The position numbers and the translations under genes were made by a program. Positions 12,065 to 24,691 of a DNA stretch of 64,000 nt are shown here, piece by piece (position 1 is the first letter of the stretch; each line of letters begins with the position of its first letter). The DNA comes from Azolla caroliniana (Eukaryota; Plantae; Polypodiophyta): assembly GCA_043228905.1 (NCBI GenBank), contig JBHGNT010000006.1, forward strand, positions 17,298,001 to 17,362,000, read 5' to 3'. The notes beneath the pieces are model-generated. The model saw only the letters and a list, made by a program, of their open reading frames with translations. It did no database searches and had not been told where the DNA came from.

Positions 12065-15000
12065 TGTTGAGTGACAAGCTCAACGTTGGGTGCGTAACAT
12101 AGTGCAGTGCGTAACCCAGTGCGTAAAACATTACGCATAACGTAAGCCATAATGGTGCGAACACTGCGAGGCCGTTAGAAAGATATTCCTTGAAAGGAAT
12201 AATTTTGGGAGTGAGTGTAGCGGCTCATTTATGAGCGTCAAGTACTGTCAGTACTTGTGTCAGCCCGATTGTCAGGGCTTGTATAAAAGGTGCTCACTGA
12301 GCACGGTGTATGTACATAGAGAGTCATTATTTTGAATTTGAGTTTTCTGTTGTCTGTCTCTCCCTCTCCCTCTCCATCTCTGTGTTTTCTGTGTTTTACC
12401 GAACTGTCTTATTCCTCCGAACTGTGTACTCTGTGTTTCACATACGCTTCCGTACACGCTATTCTTTTACATGGTATCAGAGCGCAAGGGTTGAAGTCCT
12501 CTGCAGCCGACAAGAAAAGCTTGTGACAAAACAGAGTTGAAGTCGTTCTTCGTTTTTTTTCGGAAAAGTAAAAGACAACAATATGGACAGAGGTATGGGA
12601 AGCTCGCTACCGACCGAGAAGCTCGATAGGAGCAACTATGCGTCTTGGTCGTACGAAGGAGCTAATGATGTAGCACCCGATTCGACACACGAAGATTTTT
12701 TGGCTTGGGAACAAGCGGCAAGCAGATTTCTCTACTGCTTTGCATCCTGTGTGAGCGACCAGGTATTGAGCTATATTCGGGATGCTAAGACGCCAAAGGA
12801 CGCGTGGGCGAATCTCATAAAGATTTTTTCCGCAAGCACAACGGCCAGGAAGCTGCAGCTCAGGCAGGAGCTTAGCAATGTCTGGCGAAAAGATCTCTCG
12901 GTGGCTGATTACACATCCTGAATCAAGGAAATCTACGATTCTCTCGCTTCCGTCAATGTGAACGTTGAGGAAAATGAAATGGTGCAGGTTTTCCTTGGTG
13001 GGCTAACGTCTAGGTTCGGAGCCTTCCGAACAACGGTCTGTACGAGGGAGAATACGCCTTCGTTCTTCGAGCTTCACTCAATGTTGCTCGTGGAGGAAAA
13101 TCACACGGGTGCTTCGACGAGTATGCACGCCGACGGCAAGATGCTGTACACGGAGGAAGATAGGCCCCGTGGTCGTGGTGGACAAGGAGGATAAGCACAC
13201 AATGGAGGTGGCCAACAAGAGCAGAACAAGCGGCATAATCGATGTGTCGACAACAGTTCCGGACCCTCCACAAGTAGGGGGAGTCTTGGTGGCACCGGAA
13301 GCCGGCAAGAGAAAGTCGCGTCAGAATGATGGTACTGTGGCAAAAAAGGACACAAGGAGAGCGAGTGCTGGAAAAAGAGAGCCGATTCAGACAAAGCCGG
13401 ATCGAGCCGAAGAGACGCAGAGAGGCGTCAGAGATCGCACTACGCAGAAAGCTCTGAACGAGCCGAAAACAAATCAGGCCCAGCCTTCGTAATGAAGCAT
13501 AAGGCCAATTCTATGGCCGTGAACACCTCGAAATCGAGCGATGTATGGTATGTTGATTCCGAAGCGTCAAATCATATGACATGTCACGAGGAATGGTTCT
13601 CGTACTTGGAGAAACCGGAATCGCAAGGAGTGGTCGAAACGGGAGACGACACTCCGCATACCATCAAACATGTCGGAGAAGTTCCCCACAGCCATGTCGG
13701 GCAGAAAGGGAAACTCATGAACGTATTGCATGTCCCGACAATAACCAAGAACCTTGTGTCGGTCGGACAGATCGTCGACCAAGGTATGCAAGTTCGATTC
13801 ACGCATCTCAACTGCTTCATAGAAGAGGAAGGCAAATTGATCGCACAAGGGCGCCGTGAAGGGAGGATGTTTATCCTCGACACTAATCAAGCCGGCACCA
13901 CGTTGTACGCGAAAGGACAAAAGGTCGAATCGGATATCGACCTGTGGCACAAGTGATTGACTAGTAAATTTCCCATGGCTTTGTGAGATGCAAACAAAGA
14001 ACATTGTTTTCGGCTTGCTGAAATTTCGGGGCCGTAATGGCCAAGTCTGTGAAGCCTGTCAGATGGGAAAACAACACCGACTTCCATTCCCCAATGAGCG
14101 TAATCGTAGTCGAAGTCCGCTGGATTTGATCCATTCGGATGTGTGGGGTCCGGCATAGAACGTGAGTCTCGGTGGAAGCCGTTACTTTGTAACCTTCATC
14201 GACAACTTCACTCGGCACATTTGGGTATGCACAATCGCGAAGAAGAGCGAAGTCTTCGTATGTTTCCTGAAGGTGAGAAAGACCAAATGCTTACGGTCCG
14301 ATGGCGGGAAGGAGTACTTCTCCGACCAGTTCACAAGTTATCTACAGAAGGAGGGAATTCGACACGAATTCTCGTGTAGATACACGCCGCAGCAGAACGG
14401 CGTGGCCGAGCGGAAGAATCAGACGATTGAAGAAGTGGCCAGGGCACTGCTTGAAGAGAAGCATATGCCGAAATTCTATTGGGCTGAAGCCGTGAAGACA
14501 GTTGTCTACCTGCAGAATCAGACTTCTGTTAATGGAGGAGTGTCGCCACATGAGCTGTATTTCGAGAAGAAGCTGAACTTGGCACACTTGAGGATTTTCG
14601 GCAGCATTGCGTATGTGCACGTGCCGAAGGAGAAAAGGAGGAAACTGGATGCTAAAGCTGAGAAATGTATCTTGGTTGGCTATTCAGATGAGCAGAAAGG
14701 GTATAAGTGATTATAACCCTCGAACAAAGGAAGTACGCGTAAGCCGCGACGTCGTGTTCGACGAGTCCGCTTCGTGGTACTTGCCTTCACCTCCAGTACC
14801 TGAAGACTCCATTCCGAATTCTGAGGAAGAAGTCAGTGAGGTTGAGATGCCTCTGCATGATGAGGAAATCGGAGCTTTGAGAGAGAGTCCGAACTCATTT
14901 TAGCTAAGTGGGCCAAATGAGGGGTTGGGCCGAAATGGCCAACCTATTGAAGAGACGGCGAGTAGTGGAGACTCAACCATGATGTCCCCGCGTAAAGAAT

Positions 15001-16513
15001 CGAGGAGAGGGTTTATGTGCAAGGAGAAGGGCAAGAAGAAAATGCCGGAATACGACTTCGGCAATGCGGAGTTAGATCGGAGCGAGTCTGACTACGGGCA
15101 AACTGAAAAGGAACCTCCACGGAAGAGGTCGACAGTAGTCGAAAAGGTCATGAAATCGGGTAATCACGAATTATGCCGATCTACCCGCCAGAAGAACCCC
15201 GTAAAGAGGTACAGGTATAATGAGTACATGGCGCACCATTACGTGTACATGACACGAGTAGCGGAAGTGCGTGAGCCGGAGAGCTATGTAGAAGCGGCGA
15301 AAGACGCGAACTGGCGTGCCGCAATGGAGGAAGAGATGGGCGCATTATCGGAGAAAGAAACCTGGGACCTAGTTTACGCACCAAAGGGTGTAACACCGAT
15401 CAGATGCAGATGGGTGTATAAGGTGAAATACAACACCGATGGCTTTGTCAACCGCTACAAGGCTCGTTTAGTAGCGAAAGGCTACGCACAGAAGCACGAC
15501 GTGGACTATGACGAGACCTTCGCGCCTATCGCGAAGATGACTACTATGCGAGTCCTACTGTCAGGAATAGTACTAAGCAGAGAGAGAATTAGTACTAAAG
15601 AAGAGAAGCACTATTAGTACTAAGAGGACGGGACTACGTAAGATTCCTCGAGAGAAAGAGAGAAGAGGAGAGAGAGATAGCGAGATGAGAGAGAGGGATG
15701 ATGATAACAACTAATATATTATGTGAAGGATAAGTACAAAGTGGCTAAGAGGCTTAAGACTGGCGTTGAACCAATTTGGTTCAAAAGAATGTCTTGTGCC
15801 TCCTTTTATAGTGCTCTCAGGAGTAGTCCTGAAGCTTCTAGAATGTTCTAGAGAAATCTGGAATATAAATTAATTTCTTATAATAAAACATAAATGAAAA
15901 TAATATTTTACAAATTACAATAGATGGTGTGATGGTTAAGAGCTCAACCCATACCCATAAGGTCATGGGTTCGAGTCTTGCCATATCATAACACCTACTA
16001 GTCGTAGCAGTAACAAAGGGGTGGCACTTACATTAGATGGATGTAAAGAACGCGTTCCTGCAAGGTGATCTTGAGGAGTAGGTGTACATGGTACAACCCC
16101 CTAGATTTCTATCCAAACAAAACACCTCGGCAGTTTGCCGATTGAAGAAGTCCTTATATGGACTAAAGCAAGCCCCGCGAGCTTGGAATGCAAAGATTAC
16201 GCAACAGTTGGGTTTGCACCGTCGAAATCAGACTTTTCTCTATTTGTTCGGTAAGGTCAATATGGACCGGTCAGCCTGCTCTTTATGAGCGTCAAGTACT
16301 GTCAGTACTTGTGTCAATCCAATTGTCAGGGCTTGTATAAAAGGTGCTCACTAAGCACGGTGTATGTACATAGAGAGTCATTATTTTGAATTTGAGTTTT
16401 TTGTTGTCTGTCTCTCCCTCTCCATCTCCATCTCTGCGTTTTCTGTGTTTTACCGAACTGTCTTATTCCTCCAAATTGTGTACTCTGTGTTTCGCATACG
16501 CTATTCTTTTACA
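12065..16513 (+). mobile_element. Ty1/Copia element E (related to C, decayed) inserted in D pol
   Basis: 5' LTR 12065-12471, PBS TGGTATCAGAGC 12472-12483, gag-pol fragments 12583-16281, partial 3' LTR ~16282-16513. Perfect TSD AGTTC at 12060-12064 and 16514-16518. Confidence 0.93.
15559..15993 (-). mobile_element. Solo LTR F (B/M family) inserted in E RT
   Basis: TGTCAGG...CATAACA termini, TSD CCTAC at 15554-15558 and 15994-15998, homologous to 22391-22818. Confidence 0.93.
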
Positions 16514-16518
16514 AGTTC

Positions 16519-18600
16519 TAGTGCAACCAAAGTTTTTGAAAGCCTAAAGAGAGCATTCACTTTTGCTCCAATTCTACTTCATGCTGCCCTAGAAAAACCG
16601 TTTATCATCGAGGTGGATGCATCTGATTTTGCACTAGGAAGTATCTTGTCACAATTAGGAGATGATGGGAAGCTACATCCAATTGCTTTCCATTCACGGA
16701 AATTCGAAGCCGCAGAGATCAATTACGAGATTCACGAAAAAAAGCTTCTAGCCATTATAGACTCGTTTGAACAGTGGAGACATTTCTTAGAAGGTTCTCC
16801 CCACCAAATCATTGTTTACAATGATCATAAAAACCTCACATACTTTCAAAGTGCTAGGGTCTTGAGTTGCCACCAAGCTCGTTGGGCACAATTTCTAACA
16901 CATTTTGACTTCGTCATCACATATTGCCCAGGAGTACAACAAGGAAAGGCAGATGCTCTCTCACGGCGATCTTATTTGGCTCCACAACCAGGAGAGCCCA
17001 CATTTGATCATCAAAAACAAATCGTCTTGGGGCCTAATCGGTGACGACTATTAACTATTAATGCCTCTCAAACATTTGAAGATTCAAGTCTTCTTGATTC
17101 AATCCGAACAGATATCATTTCTGATGAATTTGCTCAAGATATATTGAATCATATAATTTCAGATCACGCTTCTTCTTCAAGCTCCAAGAATCCTCGTAAA
17201 GATTATAACCAGTTTAAATGGGATAATGGTTTACTTTTTTGCAACACACTTTTGTATGTCCCAAATGGTTCGTCTCGATTTCAAGTAATGCAATATTGTC
17301 ACGACAACCCAATGGCCGGGCACTTTGGAATCCACAAAACTTTGGAGCTAGTTTCTCGAAACTATTGGTGGCTTCACCTTTGAGAGTTTGTTGAAGATTA
17401 TGTTCGTAGTTGTGATGTGTGTTGTCGGTCAAAGATTCCACGACATCGACCATATGGGTTATTACAACCATTGCCAGTTCCTATTGGTCTGTGGAAATCC
17501 ATCTCGGTGGATTTTATTACAGATCTTCCAACTTCGAAGAGTTTTGATGCTATTCTCACTATAGTAGATTGATTCACAAAGATGGCGCATTTTCTTCCAT
17601 GCACGAAAACCATCAGCAATAAAGAAACTGTAGACATCATTATGAAAGAAGTATTTCCGCTTCACGGTCTTCCAAATGACATCATTAGTGATTGTGGCCC
17701 ACAATTCATCTAAAAATTCTGGAAACACTTGCTTGAGATGCTCAAAATCTCTTGTAAACTTTCGTCAAGCTATCATCCACAAAGTGACGGTCAAACCGAG
17801 TGGACGAATCAAACATTAGAGCAATATCTTCGGTGTTTCATCAATTACCAACAGGATGATTGGGTGGATTTTTTGCAATTTGTAGAGTTTGCATACAATA
17901 ATTCAGTTCATTCCTCAATTGGGTATACTCCATTTTTTGCAAACATAGGATATCATCCTTGTTGGACAATGATGGCACATCCAGAAATCTCGAAGTTGCG
18001 TTGAAGATCGTCTGCGTCAACTCCAAGACGTGCCTGTTGCACTTTCTCAACATTTGCAAACTGCTCAAGCCACACACAAAAAAGCCACAGATCGTCACCG
18101 TCTCGACTCTTCACCAAAGGAAGTGAAGTTTCAAATGGGGGATCGTGTATGGTTACTATGACGTAATGCGAAGATTACTAGACCTTGTGACAAGTTGGAT
18201 TATCAATGACTTGGTTCATTTATTATCTCCAATCAGATTAATGAAGTTGCATTCCGCCTTGATCTACCTCCACAGATGCATCTACATCCGGTGTTTCATG
18301 TCTCATTGTTGGAACCCTACATTGGTAGTTCCATTCCAAATCGGGTTGTCCTACCCCCCACCTCTAGTTCAACTTGTTGATGGCCCAGAATTTGAAGTCA
18401 AAGCTATTTTAGACTCCAAGATAATACGTAAAAAGCTTTATTATCTCGTGGATTGGTTAGGATATACACCAAATGATCGTACTTGGGAGCCAGTTGAGAA
18501 CCTTGATAATGCCTCTGACTTGATGGCTGAATATCATCGCCAATATCCAGATAAGCCAAGTCCGAATTCATGCATTACGACTCGTGGAACTCGTCGTCAA
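16519..18600 (+). pseudogene. D RNase H, integrase and chromodomain
   Basis: [55 protein letters not shown]. Confidence 0.9.
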
Positions 18601-19075
18601 AGGAGAGGGATGGTGTCATGTGTATACAAAACCCAATAAGGCTTATGGTGATTTGAACCCATGACCTCCTCAAAGAAGGCATACAACCCCATCCATTAGG
18701 ATACATCATATTGTACATATTAAATAATAAATTCTATTATATCAATAGGAAATACATATAATAATATTATTGAAATGTTGCCACCTTGCATAGGCTAACA
18801 CATGATTGCCAAGGGGCATGCTTGCATGAATGCCAAGTGGCGATCATACGTGCCTATGAGGTGGCGAACATGCATGTATCCAAACCATGCTATATAAACA
18901 TGTATTTGACTATTGATGAACCATTCTGGTTCAACGCCAGTCTTTAGCATATTCTTGTAAACATTGCTCTCGTTGTTAATACATTATCAAATTCTTCTTA
19001 TCTCTCTCATATATTTCACTTCTCATTCTCTTCTTCATTTTAAAACTTGTTCCTAACTTTGGCCATGACAGTATT

Positions 19076-22000
19076 CATAACGTGGGAATCCAAGGGCATG
19101 TCGAAGACCTGTGTTGCTTGCAGTCGTGCCGGTCCCAAGATTACTTGCTTTTGGTTATCGAAAGTTGGTTCGCCGGGACACGATGCTAGATACGAAAACC
19201 GTGATAATGCATCTGCCTTCTCTTGGTGCTTCCCCGGACGATATGTAATTTTGAAGTCGAAATGTGTGAGGAATTGGGCCCAACGAGCTTGATGTTGATT
19301 TAACACATGAGCACTTTGAAAGTAGGCAAAATTTTTGTGATAACTGAATACGGTGACTTGATGAAAGGATCCCTCTAGAAAATGCCTCCATTGCATAAAA
19401 GAGTTCACTATTGCTAATAACTTCTTATCATGAATTTCGTAGTTGATTTTGGTGGCGTCAAACTTGCGTGAGTGGAAAGCCAAGGATGTAGCATTTCATC
19501 ATTACCTTGTTGTGATAGAATGCTACCCAATGCGAAATCCGACGCGTCCGCTTCCATGATGAATGGTTTTTCCGGATCAACGTGAGCTAGAATAGGAGCC
19601 GATGTAAATGCCTTCTTAAGATTCTCAAAAGGCATGTCCGCTTCTTTAGACCAAACGAACGATTGTCCCTTCTTAGTAAGTTGTGTGAGAGGAAGAACAA
19701 GCTTTGAGTAATCCTGTATAAACTTGCGGTAGAAATTGGCAAAGCCTAAAAATCCTTGCACATCTCGCAACGAACGCTGAGTTTGCCACTCTACCACCGT
19801 TTTGACCTTAGCTGGATCCATGGAGATGCCTTCCGAGGAGATGACATAGCCAAGAAATTCCATCTGGTTCCACCCGAAACTACATTTTTCCAGCTTTGCA
19901 TAAAGACCATGTTCTCGAAGTCGTTTTAGTACTAACAATACATGAGAATCATGCTCTTTTTGGGTCTTCGAATAAACCAGTAGATCATCCAAATAGATGA
20001 TCAAACAAACATCAAAGAGATCTCGGAATATATCATTTGGCATGTGTTGGAAGACTGCTGGTGCATTAGTGAGGCCAAATGGCATGACCGTGTACTCGAA
20101 GTGCCCATATCTGGTGCGAAACGCGGTCTTCTATTCATCTCCTGGTCGGATCCGTATGACGTTATAGGCTCCCCGTAAGTCGATCTTTGTGAAGAACCTT
20201 GCACCATCGATCCGTTATAAAAGAATTGAGATAAGGGAAAGTGCATACCTATTTCTGATGGTGACCTTATTCAAGTCACGGTAATCTACAATGAGACGAA
20301 ATGATCCATCCTTTTTCTTGACGAAGAAAATGGGTGCGCTGGCTGAAGGTTTCGAATGCCGAATGAAACCATTTTCCAAATTCTTCTCTATATAGGCTCG
20401 ATGGACTTCTAGCTCGGTTGGTGACAAATTGTAGATCGGTCCCCATGGTGGCTCTTTTTCAGGTTGTAAATCAATGGGGCAATCATACGGTCGATGGTGA
20501 GGAAGCGTATTGGCTTGTACTTTATCGAACACATCGGCATAATGATGATACTTCTTTCGAAGTTGAACAATGGACTCCTCTTTAGTGGTGTCGAAGGGTT
20601 TTACTGATATTGCGAAGAGAAACATTTCGTTCTTGCGTCCTTATTCTGGCAACTGATGTAGTGAAATGGTTGCAATCTTATGAGTAGATCCTCAGGCTTG
20701 TCGACACCAGATTTCTCTTGTTCTCCAATCTATGTCTGGGTTATGTAATTCGAACCATGGTAATCCTAACACAATGGGATGTTCTGGGATACTAATTATA
20801 TTAAATGATACTACACACGCTAGATTATCTAGGAAAATATTAACAGGCTTTGACTCTTGTATGATATTTCCAGACGCAATGGGACGACCATCAATGACTA
20901 TTATAGAGGCTGGACACAGGAGTTTTCTGAGAGATATCTAATGAGCTTGGGCAAAATTCCTATCCATGAAGCAAGAAATAGCTCCAGAATCTAGAAGTGC
21001 TAAGACATGTACTGGAGGGGTACTTTTAGTACTAATTGTTACCTGGGCTACGAACACATTGCTAACTTGCTTAGAGGGAATGGAACCACTAATGGGCTGC
21101 ATAGATCTAGGGCTGTCCAACCAAACGGCTCCTATTTTGGCTAGACTTAGTCGTTTAACTCTTCTTCTAACTGACTAAGGACATCAAATTTGTTCGCTAG
21201 ATTTGGGCTATTAGTACTATTAGGACTATAAGATATTCCTACTGAAATAGACTCGGGTTTAGTACAATTAGAACTAGCAACTATTTGGTTTACCTGTCTT
21301 CTTGGCCTATGGGGAGAATTTACTGCAATATGCCCTGGTTCACCGCAATAAAGACATAGTCGATTTGCTTGATGTCGCTACTTTTGTTCTTCTGATAATG
21401 GTCCGCGATGACGTGTAGTGTCAATCTCCATCGGAGTCGGAGTATTCACTGGAGAGGCATTATATGACCCCCTCGGAAAAGGTTTCGCTACCACTGAGCC
21501 GTAGGTGGGCTCTAATCTTGCCCTCGACATCTGGAATTGCCGTTCCGAATGTCGTTTGAAAAGGCGGTTGTGGCATCTGACCGCGCGGCCGATTGCTTCT
21601 GTTAATGACTTTGGTTCTTCGGGGAAGGTCAAGAGTAAATCCTTGACATCGTTGCGTAAACCATAATTAAATTGCTCCATCAATGCTGCGGAGGCTGGAC
21701 GAACACCTTGGCATAATCGTTAGATTTTGTTGATTGTTGCCCTTATGCTGTCAGTATCTCCAGAACATGCTTTAAACTCACTTATAAATTCTTCAAATTG
21801 TTTATTAATGGAGATTCCTTTTCTAACAATGGAGCAAACCATGCCAATGCTGAGCCACTAAGTAGAGTGCCTACTAGTCCCACTCGTGATGCATCAGTGG
21901 GATATCGAGAAGGATACATTTGAATCACTAAACGTACCTGATTTAGAAAACCTCTAAACTGTGATCGGGTCCCATCAAATTTTGCAAGAAGACCAATCTT

Positions 22001-22237
22001 GGGTTCTCTGTGAATCCCTTGAGTGCTTGATCCTTGTTGTTGTAGTGATACAATAGTCGCTTCAAGTTGTTGTACACGTAACGTCAGCTCCCCGTGTTGT
22101 TGTTGTTTTTCCATCGCTATTTGTTGAAGATCCCCCAAGAAACGGTGATTTTCTTGTTCTAGTGCTAAAAATTTCTCTTTTAAGTGTTGGAGCTCCGAGA
22201 AAACAGATTGGCATTCGTGAACGCTAACAGTTTCCAT
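19076..22237 (-). pseudogene. B gag, protease, RT and RNase H (fragmented)
   Basis: Gag EPKIG..KFDGTRSQFRGF, protease ALLDSGA, RT MPFGLTNAPAVFQ and IYLDDLLVYS, RNase H EADASDFALG and NYEIHDK. Confidence 0.9.
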
Positions 22238-22390
22238 TTTACTAGGGAGGATAAGGGGATTAGTATGAAGGGAAAAAAGGGGTAAGAAGATGAGGGAAAC
22301 TGGAAAGAAGACCGGAAAAAAGGGGATATGTAAGAAGATAAAAGGAAGAGGAGGAAAGGAGGAGACGGAAGGAGGGAAATCGGTTCAAAT

Positions 22391-22484
22391 TGTCAGGAAT
22401 AGTACTGAGACAGAGAAGAAATTAGTACTAAGAGAGGAATATTAGTACTATGAGGAATAGAGGGTGTAGAACACTCGAGAGAAG

Positions 22485-22543
<59 letters not shown>

Positions 22544-22818
22544 TGATGATGACAGCGATATATTATGTGAGAAGAATATACAAGGAAGGCTAGGAGGCTT
22601 AAGACTGGCGTTGAACCGATTTGGTTCGAAATAATGCCTTGTGCCTCCTTTTATAGTGTTCTCAGGAGTAATCCTGAATATTCTAGAATGTTCTAGAGAA
22701 ATCTGGAATATATATTATTTTCTATAGTAAAACTTAAATAAAAATAGATAGTGTAATGGTCAAGAGCTTGACCCATGTAACATAAGGTCATGGGTTCGAG
22801 TCTTTCCATATCATGACA
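22391..22818 (-). repeat. 5' LTR of B
   Basis: TGTCAGG...CATGACA termini. Minus-strand TATAAAA at 22649-22655. Homologous to 1031-1420, 15559-15993, 39665-40098 and 45132-45561. Confidence 0.9.
22749..22812 (+). promoter_or_regulatory. tRNA-like Pol III A/B-box module in B-family LTR (antisense to the element)
   Basis: A box TAGTGTAATGG at 22749, B box GGTTCGAGTC at 22793. Copies at 15925/15968, 40029/40073 and 45492/45536. Confidence 0.7.
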
Positions 22819-23577
22819 GGGACATACATCTCGATTGTGATAAGCGAGTACTCAAGTGCGTTCGTGGGACAATGGATTTTGGTATCATATATAAGTCAAA
22901 TACGATCATTGGGCTTGAAGGGTACATAGATGCAGACTGGGCCGGTTACAAAGCTCATCGACGATCCATGTCAAGATTCGTCTTGTCTCTCGGCAGCGGA
23001 GCGATCTCCTGGAGTAGCAAAAAGAAGCCCACAGTCGCATTGTCGAGCACAGAGGCCAAATACAAGGGCGTGACAGTTGCCGCATGCGAGGCCGTTTGGC
23101 TGAAGCGCATATTGAAGAATCTGGGCATTCCCATCAAGGATCCGATTCTCCTATAGTACAATAACATGAGTAGTATCTACCTAGCTCAGAAGCTCGTGTT
23201 CCACATGTGGACCAAGCATATTGAAGTGCATATCACTTCATCCGAGAGCGCGTTCACGCTGGAGATGTCGATTTACAACACATCAACACGAATCTTCAGG
23301 TAGTTGATATCTTTACGAAAGCCTTAGGAGTCGATAAGCCCAGACAATTTACATCGGACCTTGGCCTCACGATATCTACATTGATGAGCTTGAGGGGGAG
23401 TACTGAATAATAACCGACCAGTCGAAGTATGATGATGACAATCGAACAAAACAAGGCGTACGAAGCAATAGAGAGCCGAAAGCTGAACATTTGAATCGAA
23501 GTAATTCAAAAGTTGAAACCGATTCAGCCGAATCAAAGTTCAAACCAATTTTTAGGCATTCGGAAGTTCGAAGGGCA

Positions 23578-23871
23578 CGTTGAGAATCAAACTCAACGTT
23601 CCATAGAGATAGTGTTCACACTAGCCAGTGGACATCATACTAGGCTAGTTTTGTAATTAGTAAAAAGGGCACTTGCCCTTGACTAGTTGGTATTTAAACA
23701 AACTCTTTGTAACTTAGTTATTGTTGGATGTAATTTCATTTTTTCCACTATACAACTTCTTGTTCTAAGCTCTCTCTCTCCCTCCCTCCCTCTGTTTACC
23801 TTACGTGCACTCACACTGACACAAAAATCACTTCCGTTGCGCAACACCACCTACGTCTTTCATTCTTTACA
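23578..23871 (+). repeat. 3' LTR of Copia A
   Basis: Starts CGTTGAGAATCAAACTCAAC (compare TGTTGAG-N7-CTCAAC in LTRs of C and E), ends CATTCTTTACA, and repeats window positions 1-182. Confidence 0.75.
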
Positions 23872-23976
23872 AAACATATAGAAATAGATAACGCCTATTT
23901 TCTTAATGCGTTCGGTTTGTGAGTATATATCATACTAATGGTATCTCTATCTCTCTCTATCTCTACAAAACCTTTA

Positions 23977-24566
23977 ATCTACAAAAAGAAAACATGAATT
24001 AGGGTTACTAAAAAAGTATATGGTTTTGTGAAGGAAAATCTTAAAACACAAATTTACACTTTCAAAATGGGCCTTAAACCCTTTTTTGCCACCTCTTCCC
24101 AAGTGGGAAGCATGGCCCATGAGTATGAGAGCCGCAATGGTTTCCTATTTTAGGACACATAATCACCGAATTACTGATATGACATACTAGCATATAATGT
24201 ACAAGAAACTAAACTGACGAGCATGATAAATAATTGAGGATACATACATACCTTTTGTAGTGGGGATTGCACATCTACAAAAAGAAAACATGAATTAGGG
24301 TTACTAAAAAAGTATATGGTTTTGTGAAGGAAAATCTTAAAACACAAATTTACACTTTCAAAATGGGCCTTAAACCCTTTTCTGCCACCTCTTCCCAAGT
24401 GGGAAGCATGGCCCATGTGTATGAGAGTTGCAATGGTTTCCTATTTTAGGACACATAATCACTGAATTAATGATACAACATACTAGCATATAATGTACAA
24501 GAAACTAAACTGACGAGCATGATAAATAATTGAGGATACATACCTTTTGTAGTGGGGATTGCACAT
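23977..24566. repeat. Tandem duplication of a ~296 bp non-coding unit (2 copies)
   Basis: ATCTACAAAAAGAAAACATGAATTAGGG... starts at 23977 and again at 24273. Confidence 0.9.
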
Positions 24567-24691
24567 TTAAACACACTTCTTTACGAAAATGTGTCGAGAT
24601 TGCCTTGTTCGTAGATGATGGCCTTGTGACACCTTTTCTTAATTTTGTGATCCTATTGCTATACAAATAAAAACGTATGCTACATTGGTTC

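Larger units (their letters stand above)
2880..19070 (+). mobile_element. Ty3/Gypsy chromovirus D (Tcn1-like, second family) inserted in B pol
   Basis: 5' LTR 2880-9235 is split by C; 3' LTR 18614-19070. TSD GTATG/GTATT (the unoccupied homologous site in M reads GTATC). PPT AAGGAGAGGGATGG lies before 18614. Confidence 0.9.
1031..22818 (-). mobile_element. Ty3/Gypsy chromovirus B (Tcn1-like), interrupted by D at 2880-19070
   Basis: LTRs at 1031-1420 (truncated) and 22391-22818. TSD GGGAT/GGGAC at 1026-1030 and 22819-22823. Order gag-PR-RT-RH-INT-chromodomain. Tcn1 assignment is inferred. Confidence 0.9.
1..23871 (+). mobile_element. Ty1/Copia LTR retrotransposon A (outermost, heavily deleted), interrupted by Gypsy B at 1031-22818
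   Basis: 1-182 matches the 3' LTR sequence at ~23692-23868. Gag N-terminus at 266 (EKLD-type motif KKLDRTNFASWEYKM) is fused by deletion to RT (LYGLKQ, LYVDDL, 466-1030). RT/RNase H resumes at 22819 (DADWAG, ISWSSKK, ALSSTEA). PBS is missing. Confidence 0.85.

Noticed and set aside
22400-22450. Three TAGTACT palindromic repeats at the U5 end of B-family LTRs
   Set aside because: The repeats are real but confined to one family and explainable as short local duplications.
22745-22815. Functional tRNA genes in the LTRs
   Set aside because: A and B boxes are present but I could not form convincing acceptor and anticodon stems, so they are reported as promoter-like modules only.
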